Shown here one piece after another: positions 36,759-46,609 of a DNA stretch of 64,000 nucleotides. The notes beneath the pieces were generated by a model. That model had not been told where the DNA came from, searched no databases, and saw nothing but the letters and a program-made list of their open reading frames with translations. Made by a program: the position numbers and the translations under genes. Source of the stretch: a bacterium. Lineage in GTDB: Archaea > Thermoplasmatota > E2 > JACPAO01 > JAHFTW01. Within the stretch, counting starts at the first letter, position 1. Each line of letters starts with the position of its first letter. Location of the stretch: the NCBI GenBank assembly GCA_040390065.1, contig JAZJZE010000003.1:1-64000 (forward strand), in the 5' to 3' direction.

Positions 36759-38276
36759 CTACGCGAAGCCTGCGGGGACGTCCACGGTGGGACCTAGGAA
36801 CGGGCGCAGGGCGTCGGGGACGGACGGCTGGAGCTCGACGTCCTGGCGCCAGGAGACTTCGATCTTGGCCTGCCTGGCCTCGAGGCGCACGGAACCCTCC
36901 TGCATGATTGGATACGTGCTGCGCACCGTGTGCGTGACGGTCTGGCCGGCGGCGAGGCCGGTCACGTCCCATGCGTCGTCGTCGAGGGCAATGTGGATGC
37001 GGGTTTGCGGGTCAGGGTCGACCGCCACGACCCTGATGTCCACGGTGAGGTTTCCGGCATGATAGGGGATGCCCGTTGCGCTTGGCAGATTCGCCTTGTA
37101 GGTCGACGTGCGGACGGGCTGGAAAAAGGGCGTCGCCGGGGGCGGGCCAATGCCACTTGGTGCGTCCGTGGCCGCGATGTCCAGCGTCTCCGTTGCGCCG
37201 CGCACGACGAGCGGCGGCACGGCGATCAGGGGATTGGTTGGTGTGATGTCCCCCTGGGTCATGCCTTGCACCTCAGAATCATCCACGAGCCAACCGCGGA
37301 TGGTGCAGCCCACCGGGACCTTGGCCCCTTCGGGCGGCACATCCCAGGCGCGCAGCGCGCAACCGCCGTCGGTGGCAAAGCCAGTGTGCACGCCATCCGT
37401 CAGGGAAAACTGGTCGTGGTCGTAGACGCACAAGAGCGCAATCGTTCGAGGCTCCTTGGGCCCGCCAAACGGCATCGTCACGGCTGGCGGCAGGAGGTCG
37501 CGCGTCTCACGGTTGCGTCCACAGGCCGCCGTCTTGCCGTACGACACCATCTCTGGGGAAGGTCCCGGGTTGCCCTGGCGCTCGCGCTCATAGGCCGAGT
37601 CGCCGAAGTCCCCGGTGACGAAGACCATGGAGGCGGTCGGAGCCGTCGGTGTCACGCCCGGCCGCGATGCATTGTCGCCGACGACGTAGCCCATGTGGTC
37701 GTCGTCGGAGCCAATCGTCAGGGCGCTTTGCGCCGGGCCCACATCGCGGCCCGTGCGGTCGCGCACGAGGTACTCGAGCGACGGCTGCAGCCTGCCGTCC
37801 GGAATGGCACGCCACCAGCCCAAGGGATTCGCCTGGTCTCCGGAACGAGCCGTGAAGCGCCAGTTCGTCCAGGCGACGGTGGCCGGTAGCCGCAGGGTGA
37901 CGCCGCCGCACGTCCCGGCGCCCACGCCGCCTGGGCTTAGCACGAAGTTGGTGGCTTCGCCAAGCGGGTGCAGGGTCACGTCCAGGGCTTCCACCTGCAA
38001 GGTCAGCCTTGGACTTGCGGCGGTGGCGTTGTCGTCCACGTAGATGGGGTACGGCAGGTTCGAGCCAGGGAACGGAAGGGGGGTGATGGTGTGCCACTCG
38101 ATTGGCACTAGCCACCAGCCCGTGGCACTCTCGGTCGGCGTCGCGCGGGGCTGCACAGGCGCGGACGACGTCGAATCCCCCGCGGCGGGGACGTGCCTTC
38201 CCGCGTCGCTGCCGGACTGGGCGCAGCCGGAGATTGCCACGGCAAGAACAATCGCGACTTGCAGCCACCGGCCCAC
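36759..38276 (-). CDS. Predicted lipoprotein
   Basis: MGRW-hydrophobic-ISGC; 505-aa ORF co-oriented with its neighbours. Confidence 0.7.
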   Translation of the reverse strand: MGRWLQVAIVLAVAISGCAQSGSDAGRHVPAAGDSTSSAPVQPRATPTESATGWWLVPIEWHTITPLPFPGSNLPYPIYVDDNATAASPRLTLQVEALDVTLHPLGEATNFVLSPGGVGAGTCGGVTLRLPATVAWTNWRFTARSGDQANPLGWWRAIPDGRLQPSLEYLVRDRTGRDVGPAQSALTIGSDDDHMGYVVGDNASRPGVTPTAPTASMVFVTGDFGDSAYERERQGNPGPSPEMVSYGKTAACGRNRETRDLLPPAVTMPFGGPKEPRTIALLCVYDHDQFSLTDGVHTGFATDGGCALRAWDVPPEGAKVPVGCTIRGWLVDDSEVQGMTQGDITPTNPLIAVPPLVVRGATETLDIAATDAPSGIGPPPATPFFQPVRTSTYKANLPSATGIPYHAGNLTVDIRVVAVDPDPQTRIHIALDDDAWDVTGLAAGQTVTHTVRSTYPIMQEGSVRLEARQAKIEVSWRQDVELQPSVPDALRPFLGPTVDVPAGFA

Positions 38277-38327
38277 GTTCTTCCACCTCCGCGACGCTAT
38301 CTAGATTCTTCGGTGAGGTACGCCGTC

Positions 38328-39179
38328 TCACTCGACTTGGCGCCGGAAGGCCCGCACCGTGTTCTCCAGCAGGACGGCAATCGTCATCGGGCCCACGCCG
38401 CCCGGAACCGGCGTCACCCACCCTGCCTTCTCCCAGACGTCGGGTGCTACGTCGCCGACGACCTTGCCGCCGACGCGCGCGATGCCGACGTCGACGACGA
38501 CGGCGCCGGCGCGGATCTTGTCGGCCGTGAGAAGACCGGGGACGCCCGTCGCGGACACGATCACGTCGGCGCGGCGCGTGTGCTCGGCGAGGTCCCGCGT
38601 CTTCTTGTGGCAGACCGTCACGGTGGCGTCGCGGTTGATGAGGAGGGCGGCAAGCGGTTTGCCGATGAGGTTGGAGTGGTTGATGATGCACACCTCGGCG
38701 CCGGGCAGCTTGATTCCGGCTTCGTCGAGCAGCAAGAGGACACCCTGTGGCGTGCACGGCGCCAGCGTCTCGTCGCCGATGAGGGCGTGGCCCATGGATT
38801 CGGCGTGGAAGGCGTCCACGTCCTTTGCCGGCAGGATGGCCTGCAGCACGGCCTTCTTGTGGATGTGCGCCGGCAGGGGAAGTTGTACGAGGATGCCGTG
38901 CACGGCGGGGTCGTTGTTGAGGCGGTGCACAAGCGCCGCAGCCTGCGCTTCGGACGTCGACGAGGGGAGGATATGCTCGAAGGATTGCATCCCGGCGCGG
39001 CGGCACGCTTCGGCTTTCCGTTTGACGTAGATGGCACTTGCCGGGTCGTCGCCGATCAGGACCACGGCCAAGCCGGGAACCATCCCCGTCTGCGCCCGGA
39101 TGGCCGCGACCTCCTGCGACAGGCGCGCCTCCATGCGGGCGGCTAGCGCCTTGCCATCGAGGGTGCGGGCGCGGGCCAC
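38328..39179 (-). CDS. folD: Bifunctional methylenetetrahydrofolate dehydrogenase/cyclohydrolase
   Basis: LDGKALA, PGLAVVLIGDDPASAIYV, GILVQLPLP, KDVD, PCTPQG, TPVPGGVGPMT. Confidence 0.97.
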   Translation of the reverse strand: MARARTLDGKALAARMEARLSQEVAAIRAQTGMVPGLAVVLIGDDPASAIYVKRKAEACRRAGMQSFEHILPSSTSEAQAAALVHRLNNDPAVHGILVQLPLPAHIHKKAVLQAILPAKDVDAFHAESMGHALIGDETLAPCTPQGVLLLLDEAGIKLPGAEVCIINHSNLIGKPLAALLINRDATVTVCHKKTRDLAEHTRRADVIVSATGVPGLLTADKIRAGAVVVDVGIARVGGKVVGDVAPDVWEKAGWVTPVPGGVGPMTIAVLLENTVRAFRRQVE

Positions 39180-39230
39180 GCTGCGGCGACGTTGCCGCCC
39201 TTCAAATGCCCTTGCGGCGTCGCTTGCGCC

Positions 39231-39887
39231 GTGGCCACTCGCAAGGCGGTGCTGTTCGACCTCGACGGCACGCTGTTGGATTCCAACCTGTCCATCCGCT
39301 CGACCATGAACGCGGTGCTCGCCGAACGCGGCCTGCCCGCCTTCACAAGGACGGAGCTGGACGGGCTGATCGGCACGGGCCTGCGCGACATCCTGGCCCG
39401 AAAACTCCCCGCACCGGACCCGACGGCCATCGAGGCCATGGCCCGCCGGTACCGCGACTTGTACAGCGAGGTCGGCTGGGTGACCGTCGGCATCTACCCG
39501 GGGCTGCGGGAACTGGCGGTCGACCTGCGCGCCAACGGCACATCGCTGGCGGTCGTGACCAGCAAGGGGCAGCATGAGACCGAGGCCCTTCTTGCCGACT
39601 TGGGCGTGCTCGAGCTCTTCGACGCTGCCGTCGGCGACGACGATGTCCGGCCCATCAAGCCGCATCCGGCGCCCGTCCTGGAAGCCTGCCGGCGCCTCGG
39701 CTGCGCCCCCGCGGACGCGGCCATGATTGGGGACACCCGCTTCGATATCCTGGCGGCGAAGGCGGCGGGGGCTATCGCCATCGGCATCCTGTGGGGAAAC
39801 GGCTCGCGGGACAGCCTCGCCGAAGCGGGCGCCGACCACATTGTCGACTCGGTGCCTGCACTCCGGCGCGTGCTTCGCCGGCTCTAG
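39231..39887 (+). CDS. HAD-IA family hydrolase (phosphoglycolate phosphatase-like)
   Basis: VLFDLDGTLLDS, VVTSK, KPHP, MIGDTRFDI. Confidence 0.93.
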   Translation: MATRKAVLFDLDGTLLDSNLSIRSTMNAVLAERGLPAFTRTELDGLIGTGLRDILARKLPAPDPTAIEAMARRYRDLYSEVGWVTVGIYPGLRELAVDLRANGTSLAVVTSKGQHETEALLADLGVLELFDAAVGDDDVRPIKPHPAPVLEACRRLGCAPADAAMIGDTRFDILAAKAAGAIAIGILWGNGSRDSLAEAGADHIVDSVPALRRVLRRL

Positions 39888-40155
39888 AGGCTGTTTCACA
39901 ACTGCCAGGGTGCCTGCGTCGTTTTCCGGGCTTCGCAATCCGGGCGAGGGCGGCCGCCGGCGGGCCGGCAGCCCGCCAAGGCCGCCGTCGCCTGGAGTGT
40001 GTGGCCGGAAAACGACCCGCATGGGCGGGCCGCTTTGCGGCGGATTCCGGCGTCAGCCGGGCCTCGGCGTGGCGCTGCCACGCAGTCGGCGAATCCTCCT
40101 AGCCTTCCTTGCAAACCGGCGCGCGCAGGTCTCCTGGAAGTTATGAAACAGCCTC
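39887..40155. mobile_element. MITE-like element, 269 bp
   Basis: CTAGAGGCTGTTTCACAACT (39884-39903) / AGTTATGAAACAGCCTCTAG (40139-40158): 20-bp inverted repeat with one mismatch, TA/CTAG at both junctions. Confidence 0.85.
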
Positions 40156-40325
40156 TAGTTGTAGTGCCAGAAGATGCGCATCGTCACGGCGGCGACGCCG
40201 ACGAGGGCGGCGAAGATGAGGACGACGGAGGGCGACAGCTTGAACGCCGAGTCCTCCTCCGCGTCGAAGTAGCGGATGAGGCCGGCAGCCGACTGGATGC
40301 CCGGGCCCTTGGTCTTCTGTGCCAT
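40155..40325 (-). CDS. secG: Preprotein translocase subunit Sec61-beta (archaeal SecG)
   Basis: GIQSAAGLIRYFDAEE..FKLSP plus a single TM. Confidence 0.93.
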   Translation of the reverse strand: MAQKTKGPGIQSAAGLIRYFDAEEDSAFKLSPSVVLIFAALVGVAAVTMRIFWHYN

Positions 40326-40391
40326 GGAAGTTCCTAGTCTGGCCCCTTTCATGAACCCTTCGCACCGGCCGGCGCGGCCGCGCGGTGTGGG

Positions 40392-41276
40392 TTACGAAAC
40401 GGGACCGGGCGGGGCCGCCGCAATAGGGCTGGCGCGCCAAAGGAGGGCAGCCCCCACGAGCAGAAGGAGGAATGCCACGGCGTGCAGCCAGCCCAAGGTC
40501 TCGTGCAAGAGAGCAGCCCCACCGAGCGCTCCAATGGTCGCCGTGGTCGCGATGTTCATGGCGCTCGTCCGGGCGGCGCCGACGCGTTGCAGCGCCGTGT
40601 AGAACAGCAGCGAGCTGCACGCAATCGACACCACGCCGAGGCCAGCCATCTCGAGTGCGGGCGTCGTGGTGGGCAGCGGGGGGCGAAGCGCCGCGATGGC
40701 CAGGAGGGCGCACGTCGCCCCGATGACCCCTTTCACGGCCACGAGTTGCGGCACGCGGTACGTCCCGACGAGGCTGGCACTCACGGCGTTGTCGATGCCC
40801 CACGATACGGCCGCGGCAAGCACGAGCGCGGCGCCGCGCAGCGTCGTCGCCGAAGCACCCTGCCCGGAGGCGAGCGCCACGGCACCCGCGGTGGCCAGCA
40901 GGAAAAGCAAGCCCAACGTGTCGCGGCCCGTGAAGCGCTCATGCAGGAACGCGAAGGCCAACGCGGCCGTGGCGACCATCTCGAGCGTGAGAAGCAGCCC
41001 GGCATCCGTCGCGGCCGTCTCCTGCAGGCCGAAGAACAGGAGCACGGGAGCGAGACCGCCGCCAAAGAAGCCCATGGCGAGGACCTTGCCGCGGTCGGCG
41101 CGCGCGATGCGCAGGCCGCGCAGGAACGGCGACAGGAAGGCCGCGGACGCCGCGTACAGCAACGCGGTCTTCCATGCGGCGTGCATGTCCAGCGGTTTGG
41201 CAAGCACGTTGACCGAGCCGTACAGGATGCCGGATCCGGCGCCCATCACGAGGCCTGAGAGGCGCCGGCCCTGCAC
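40392..41276 (-). CDS. DMT/EamA family transporter
   Basis: GGGLAPVLLFFGL, LLLTLEMVATA, SWGIDN; about 10 TMs. Confidence 0.92.
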   Translation of the reverse strand: MQGRRLSGLVMGAGSGILYGSVNVLAKPLDMHAAWKTALLYAASAAFLSPFLRGLRIARADRGKVLAMGFFGGGLAPVLLFFGLQETAATDAGLLLTLEMVATAALAFAFLHERFTGRDTLGLLFLLATAGAVALASGQGASATTLRGAALVLAAAVSWGIDNAVSASLVGTYRVPQLVAVKGVIGATCALLAIAALRPPLPTTTPALEMAGLGVVSIACSSLLFYTALQRVGAARTSAMNIATTATIGALGGAALLHETLGWLHAVAFLLLLVGAALLWRASPIAAAPPGPVS

Positions 41277-41343
41277 GATTGGCGGACCCGCCTCGGCGGT
41301 ATCAACCCACTGCTAGGCCACCCGGGACGTGATGCGACGACCT

Positions 41344-42039
41344 CTAGAGCCGTGCGACCTGGCCGCCCACGGCCGTCTTGACTTCCTGGGTGAGCGACAC
41401 GACGTCGTCCATGAGCTTCCCTGTCTGCTCTTGCGCTTGCGGGCAGCCGCTTGCCGCGCCGCCGGACTGGATGCAGTCGAGCAGCGAGTCGGTCGTCGTC
41501 ACGGTGTCCTGGAACACTTGCTGGACCTTCGCATGCAAGGGTTGCAGGGTGCCCGGTGGCAGGATGCGACGGCTCTCGTTCAACGCCGCCCGTGCCGCTT
41601 CCCTTGCGCCCGCCAGGTTGACGACGACGCCGTCCGGGTCGTTCTGCACGGCGCTGCAGGCGACACCGCTGAAGGACAGCGAGATGCTGAGAAGCGACGG
41701 CCGCACGGAGAGGTTGAGGTAGTTGTAGTACTCCCACTCGTTGTGGATGTTGATGATCGTCCCGGGGCGCGACGCGTACATGCCAGGGTACGGGCCGACC
41801 TCGTAGACGGACGTGTTCGAGGAGCCGCGCGGGACCAGCAGGAGGACGGCGGCCAGGAGCGCCGCGACGATGGCAAGAGCCACGATGGTGGCAAGTGCGG
41901 GATGCTCATGGTGCCAGGGTGCGCGGGAGGGCGGGGCTGGAGGCGTCGGAGGTCGCGCAGGCGGCGGGAACATGGAGCCCATGGGGCGGGGCGCCGGCAG
42001 GGCCGGTCGGGCTGGCTTGACGTGCGGGTCTGGAGCCAT
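41344..42039 (-). CDS. Hypothetical membrane-anchored protein
   Basis: Pro-rich N-terminus, single TM, helical ectodomain with cysteines. Confidence 0.65.
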   Translation of the reverse strand: MAPDPHVKPARPALPAPRPMGSMFPPPARPPTPPAPPSRAPWHHEHPALATIVALAIVAALLAAVLLLVPRGSSNTSVYEVGPYPGMYASRPGTIINIHNEWEYYNYLNLSVRPSLLSISLSFSGVACSAVQNDPDGVVVNLAGAREAARAALNESRRILPPGTLQPLHAKVQQVFQDTVTTTDSLLDCIQSGGAASGCPQAQEQTGKLMDDVVSLTQEVKTAVGGQVARL

Positions 42040-42104
42040 GCGACATCATCGGCGAGACGTGATTGAGGCTTGGCCTGAGATTCGCCGCGGGCCGAACGCG
42101 GACG

Positions 42105-43763
42105 TCAGAACTTGAGGTGCGGCGCCAATGGTGCCACGATGGCGTCGTCCTGGACGATTGCCGAGAACTCGGCCAGGCTGGCGGGGCGCTTCACCTTGAT
42201 GTCAAGGGCGCGCTTGCGGCCGATGCCGGGGATCGCCTCCAGTTCCTTCATGCTGGCAGACGGGACGTGGAACGGGACGGGGATGCCGGTCAGGCTGCGG
42301 TAGCCGTGGTCGGTGACCATGATGTCAACGAAGCGGTCGATGCGCGTTTCGTACGGGATGCCGACGAGGAGGGCGTACGTTGCAATCTGGCGGCCGTACG
42401 TGATGCCGGGCTCCGTCTTCTCCAGGTAGACGTCCTTCAGGATGGTTCCCGTCGGCGCGACTTGGCGCAGGACATGGCGGTCGAACCCTTCGCGAACGGC
42501 CATCTTGTGCTTGATGAAGGTCGACTTCAGCTTCGGGTTGATGGTTTCCTTCTGGCCGCGGATTGGCAGAAGCTGGCGGATGTTGAGACGACGGATGCGC
42601 AGGCCCGACTTCTTCAGGTCCATGAGGAATTTCCAGTTGAGCTCGTACGTGAGGGCGGTCTCGCCGGGCAAGCCGTACAGGAGGTTCAGGCCGGGCAGGC
42701 AGTACGGCAAGCCGTTCGGTCCGCGCTCGCCAGACTCCTCGTTAAGGATGCGGATGGCGTCCATCGTCTGCTCCGGCGTGGCGTTGAGGTTGTTGGCCTC
42801 GAAGACCGCCGGGTCCGCCGACTCGAGCCCCATCGCCGCGATGTTGCCGTCCGTCCCGTGCTCGACGAGCAGGCGTGCGATGGCGCGGCCTTCCTCGGGG
42901 TGCGTCGCGAGGATGGCGGGATTGCAGTTGTCGATGTGCAGCACCTTGCGCTTCGGGGCCACGTCGTTGATCCCACGCAGGAGCTTCTCCGTCGCGGGCA
43001 CGTTGGGCTTGGGTTCGTCCGTGAGGCCGACGCCGATGGCCTTGTACGTCCAGAAGCAGGACTGGCCGCCGAGGCGGAAATGACGGACGCCTGCCTCGTA
43101 CAGCGTCTGCACTTCGCGGATGATGTCCTCCTCGTCGCGGTACCATGGCTTGGTCTTCGCGTCCTTGCAGAAGCCGCAGCCGCCCGACAGGTAGTGCACG
43201 CAGCCGAGGAAGGTGTCGATCTCCGCCATGAGGATGCCCGGCTGCATGTCCGGGTGCTGCGCCACGACGGGGGCGCCCGCCTGGGCGTGGCGGTTCCACT
43301 CATCGACGGTGCGGAAGCGGTTCACGACCGTCTTGCCCGCGAAGTGGTCGGCGATGGCCGCGTCGCCGTCGCGCGTGATGAAGTGGTCGACGTGGTCCTT
43401 CAGCGGGTTGACGCGCGTCGTGGCGTGGCCGCCGCCGTGGTCGGCAAAACCGAAGGCGGCGTTGGCGCCGAAAAGCATCGTGTCGCCGGAAAAGTCACGA
43501 AACAGTTCCGCCGTCTCGTCATGCGTGATCGGCCGCCCACGCAGGTACTTGCCGGGCACGACGCAGGAGGACAGCACGGCCAGCATGTCGCCCTTCAGCT
43601 CGAGCGGCTTGTTGCGCAATCCGTCGATCGTGTGGTACTCCACCTCGGCCCCCTGCGCCATGGCGGCGCCGGCGGCGTAGCGGGCTTGCGGAGAGATGTA
43701 GGGCGGAACGCCGAAGCACGACGGTTCGTCGACGTAGCCGTCGACGAGGACCAGTTTCGCCAC
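42105..43763 (-). CDS. Radical SAM protein with C-terminal TRAM-like and helix-hairpin-helix domains (COG1031-type)
   Basis: VDGYVDEPSCFGVPPYISP, VPGKYL, GC-x7-CGFC, GRQIATY, LEAIPGIGRKRA. Confidence 0.93.
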   Translation of the reverse strand: MAKLVLVDGYVDEPSCFGVPPYISPQARYAAGAAMAQGAEVEYHTIDGLRNKPLELKGDMLAVLSSCVVPGKYLRGRPITHDETAELFRDFSGDTMLFGANAAFGFADHGGGHATTRVNPLKDHVDHFITRDGDAAIADHFAGKTVVNRFRTVDEWNRHAQAGAPVVAQHPDMQPGILMAEIDTFLGCVHYLSGGCGFCKDAKTKPWYRDEEDIIREVQTLYEAGVRHFRLGGQSCFWTYKAIGVGLTDEPKPNVPATEKLLRGINDVAPKRKVLHIDNCNPAILATHPEEGRAIARLLVEHGTDGNIAAMGLESADPAVFEANNLNATPEQTMDAIRILNEESGERGPNGLPYCLPGLNLLYGLPGETALTYELNWKFLMDLKKSGLRIRRLNIRQLLPIRGQKETINPKLKSTFIKHKMAVREGFDRHVLRQVAPTGTILKDVYLEKTEPGITYGRQIATYALLVGIPYETRIDRFVDIMVTDHGYRSLTGIPVPFHVPSASMKELEAIPGIGRKRALDIKVKRPASLAEFSAIVQDDAIVAPLAPHLKF

Positions 43764-43855
43764 GTGTGGCCCTCCCATCCCAGGCATTTGAGGGTTGCCG
43801 TCGTGGCCGGCCGCCCCCGCAGCTTCATGAGGCGCCAACCCTAGTCCGCCTTGCC

Positions 43856-44488
43856 ATGCACCTGCGCACCTGCCCGGCCTGCCAGAACCGCTTCGCCAAC
43901 GACACGCGCAAGAAGGTCAAGTGCCCGCGCTGCGGCCGCGGCGTGCAGCGCCCCGGGCGCGGGCTCGTTCGGGCGGCCCACATCACGGGCTGGGTCGTCG
44001 GCTCCTTCGTCCTACTGATGGGGATGTCGGGGTTCAGCCTGGCCGACAAATGCGCCCGCGGCGAGATGCCCGACAAGGGATGCCCGACCACCACGAGCGA
44101 ATTTCGCACGATGGCCATCGGTTTCAGCGTCGCAGGCGGCGCCGCCATGGCCGGTCTCCTCGCCAGCCACCTTGTGCGCGGCGCCGGCCGCTACGTCCTC
44201 GCCGTCGCCGTCGGCCTCTCCCTCGTCGCACTGCTGGTCGTCGCGGTTGGCCCAGGCCTGCTGTCGTTCACCGGCGTTGGCGTGCTCCTCATGCTGGCGT
44301 TCGCGGCGGGGTTGGCAACCTCCGGCGGCCTTGCCATCGGCTCGCAAGTCACGTGGAACAAGGCGCAACTTCCGCCGGGGGCTTTGGGCGCCTGGGCCAA
44401 GCCTGGAGTCCCGCCCGCGGGGCCGCGCCCGCCAGTCCGACCCATGCAGCGGCCCGGCCCTCCGCAGCCGCCGCGCAAGCCGTACTAA
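43856..44488 (+). CDS. Zn-ribbon membrane protein
   Basis: CPAC...CPRC, four TMs, Pro-rich tail. Confidence 0.72.
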   Translation: MHLRTCPACQNRFANDTRKKVKCPRCGRGVQRPGRGLVRAAHITGWVVGSFVLLMGMSGFSLADKCARGEMPDKGCPTTTSEFRTMAIGFSVAGGAAMAGLLASHLVRGAGRYVLAVAVGLSLVALLVVAVGPGLLSFTGVGVLLMLAFAAGLATSGGLAIGSQVTWNKAQLPPGALGAWAKPGVPPAGPRPPVRPMQRPGPPQPPRKPY

Positions 44489-44532
44489 GCGCCTGCCCAA
44501 CCGCCGTTGCCGAAGCGCGCTCGGTGCGCAGT

Positions 44533-45066
44533 CTAGACTGGGGCGGTCGCCGGTGACGCGGTCCCTTGATGCTGGATTGCCGTCGTCCGGCCGACCGCCT
44601 GCAACACCTGTTCCACGGCCGCGGCTGGATTGGCGGGGTCAGCGCGGACGGTGGCATGCGGCACCCGGGCGCCGTCGATGTGCGCCTCGGCAGCCTTGAG
44701 CGCCTCGCCCCACTTGCGGCCGGGGCTCCACGGCGCGACGTACACGAGGCTGCCGACGAACTCGCGCTCCGCACCATACCGGGTGTACAGCGTGCCGCGC
44801 TCGATGTGGATTTCATGCTCACGCGCGTCGGCGACGGGCTCGTCCAGGTTGGCGCAGTGGACGATGGCCTGGCACTCGCACATTGCGGGCTCGATCGAAC
44901 CGGCCAGCTTGACCTGACCGGGAAAGCACTCGACGCCCGCGACGCCGTGGAACGGGTCTTGCCCCGGCGCGACGCCGAAGGCCCGCACCTTGTGCCCCGC
45001 CGCGGCGAGGCCGGCGACCACGGCGCGGCCGAACGGGTTCAAGGCACCGGTGACGAGGACTCGCAT
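44533..45066 (-). CDS. Short NAD-dependent epimerase/dehydratase-like (Rossmann) protein
   Basis: MRVLVTGALNPFGRAVV..L.AAGHKVRA, IVHCA. Confidence 0.8.
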   Translation of the reverse strand: MRVLVTGALNPFGRAVVAGLAAAGHKVRAFGVAPGQDPFHGVAGVECFPGQVKLAGSIEPAMCECQAIVHCANLDEPVADAREHEIHIERGTLYTRYGAEREFVGSLVYVAPWSPGRKWGEALKAAEAHIDGARVPHATVRADPANPAAAVEQVLQAVGRTTAIQHQGTASPATAPV

Positions 45067-45147
45067 CGCCGCTTGCACAGGGGGGCGGGGTTTGAGGTTT
45101 GCTGGTGCATTCCACAGAATCGCTCCGGTCGGGCATCCATCTTGATA

Positions 45148-45265
45148 CCCGCAGATTGACCATGCCGGTTTGACACAACCTGCGTGTTCTGCTCCCAGTC
45201 CGTGCGATTGCAAGACGTGCAAGAGCCCACCAGGACGATGCCTGAACTCTCGGCGGAATCTGTGG
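45148..45265. repeat. Dispersed ~118-bp element, copy B
   Basis: Second copy of 18847-18963; core ATTGCAAGACGTGCAAGAGCCCACCAGGACGATGCC at 45207-45242. Confidence 0.9.
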
Positions 45266-45362
45266 ATCCGTCGGGCGGCGCCTGCGCCAGCCACTCGTTC
45301 AAGCCGCCGCGCTAGACTCCTTAAGTGCGGCCCTGGGGCGTCTCGTGGTTGAGGTCTGTGCC

Positions 45363-46604
45363 ATGCGCCCAACACTCCGCAACGCAAGCATCGCAGCCGC
45401 CGTCGTCCTTCTGACGGTATGCTGCCATGCGGCCGCCAAGCCTCCCGGCCCCGCTCCTGGAACGGACCCCGTCCACTACGCCCTCGGATACGCCCAAGGA
45501 CAAGCGGGGCAAGCCACGGCCGACCCAGCCGGATACGCACAACAGCAAGCCACCCCCGAAGGGGTCGCCAACCAGACCGGCCAGGCGGGCTACATCGCCT
45601 GCTGGGAAGCCTACGAGGCCACCGGCCAGGACGCCCTCGGCGCGGTCTGCGACGGCTACTTCACGCCTCCCGGTGACGTCCAAGCCCCACCCCAGCCCGC
45701 CGAGAAGCAGAACGACACGGCGACGCAGGCAATCGCGAACGTCACCGACGGCGTGAAGGAACTGGCGAACACCACCCTCGACGCCGCGCAGAAGATCGTG
45801 CAGGACCCGGCCAACGCAACCTCGCAGCTCGACCGCATCGTGCGCGCCATCCAGGACTTCCTTGGTAGCCTGGCAACGACCGTGACGGACACCCTCTCCG
45901 CCATCCTCGGTGGTTTCGGCGACGTCGGCAAAGTCCTTGCGCGTACCATCACGGGCGCGGTCAAGTTCGTCCTCGGGCTGCTCGGTGGCCTCGGCCTTGG
46001 CATCGGCAAAGGCGCAAGCCTCGGCCTCGACGCCCTCGTCGCGTCGGCACGCGGCATCGCCGACGGTGTCGTCAACACGTCCAACGCCCTCGGCTCCGCC
46101 GCCCAGATCGTCGGCAACGCCGTCTCGACGGCCGTCGGCGCAGTGGCGAGCACGCTCGCCAACGCGGCTTCCGCGATTGGCGCCGCAGGCAACGCGGTCG
46201 GCCAGGCCATCGGCAAAGGCGCCGCGGCCACGGGCGACGGCTTCGTCGGCGCGACCCGCGCCTCGCTCGACGGACTCGGCGCCGCCGGCAAGGCCGCAAG
46301 CGGCGCGCTCGGCGCGGCGGCCAGCGCGACTCGCGACGCCTTGGGCGCGGCCGGCAAGGGGCTCGGCGACGGCGCCGCCGCCACGGCACGCGGCTTCGCC
46401 GATGGTGCGAGCTCCGCGGCCAAGGCAGTGGGCGACGGCCTCGCCGCGGCCGGCAAGGCAATCGGCGACGCCATCCACACCCTGCTGGGCGGCGGCGGCA
46501 GCGACGGCGGCTCTGCAGCCCCGAGCGCGCGGCCGACGGACCTTGCCCCCAAGCCGGACGCCTCTGGCCTCCTGGACAAGGTGACCGGAGCCCTGCCGGT
46601 CTGA
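45363..46604 (+). CDS. Secreted Ala/Gly-rich amphipathic helical repeat protein
   Basis: Signal peptide; repeated GAAGKA(I/L/V)GD-like units. Confidence 0.8.
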   Translation: MRPTLRNASIAAAVVLLTVCCHAAAKPPGPAPGTDPVHYALGYAQGQAGQATADPAGYAQQQATPEGVANQTGQAGYIACWEAYEATGQDALGAVCDGYFTPPGDVQAPPQPAEKQNDTATQAIANVTDGVKELANTTLDAAQKIVQDPANATSQLDRIVRAIQDFLGSLATTVTDTLSAILGGFGDVGKVLARTITGAVKFVLGLLGGLGLGIGKGASLGLDALVASARGIADGVVNTSNALGSAAQIVGNAVSTAVGAVASTLANAASAIGAAGNAVGQAIGKGAAATGDGFVGATRASLDGLGAAGKAASGALGAAASATRDALGAAGKGLGDGAAATARGFADGASSAAKAVGDGLAAAGKAIGDAIHTLLGGGGSDGGSAAPSARPTDLAPKPDASGLLDKVTGALPV

Positions 46605-46609
46605 GCCTG

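Noticed and set aside
38328-40022. 564-aa extended FolD
   Set aside because: The extension is antisense to the HAD hydrolase and the MITE; FolD motifs start at 39179.
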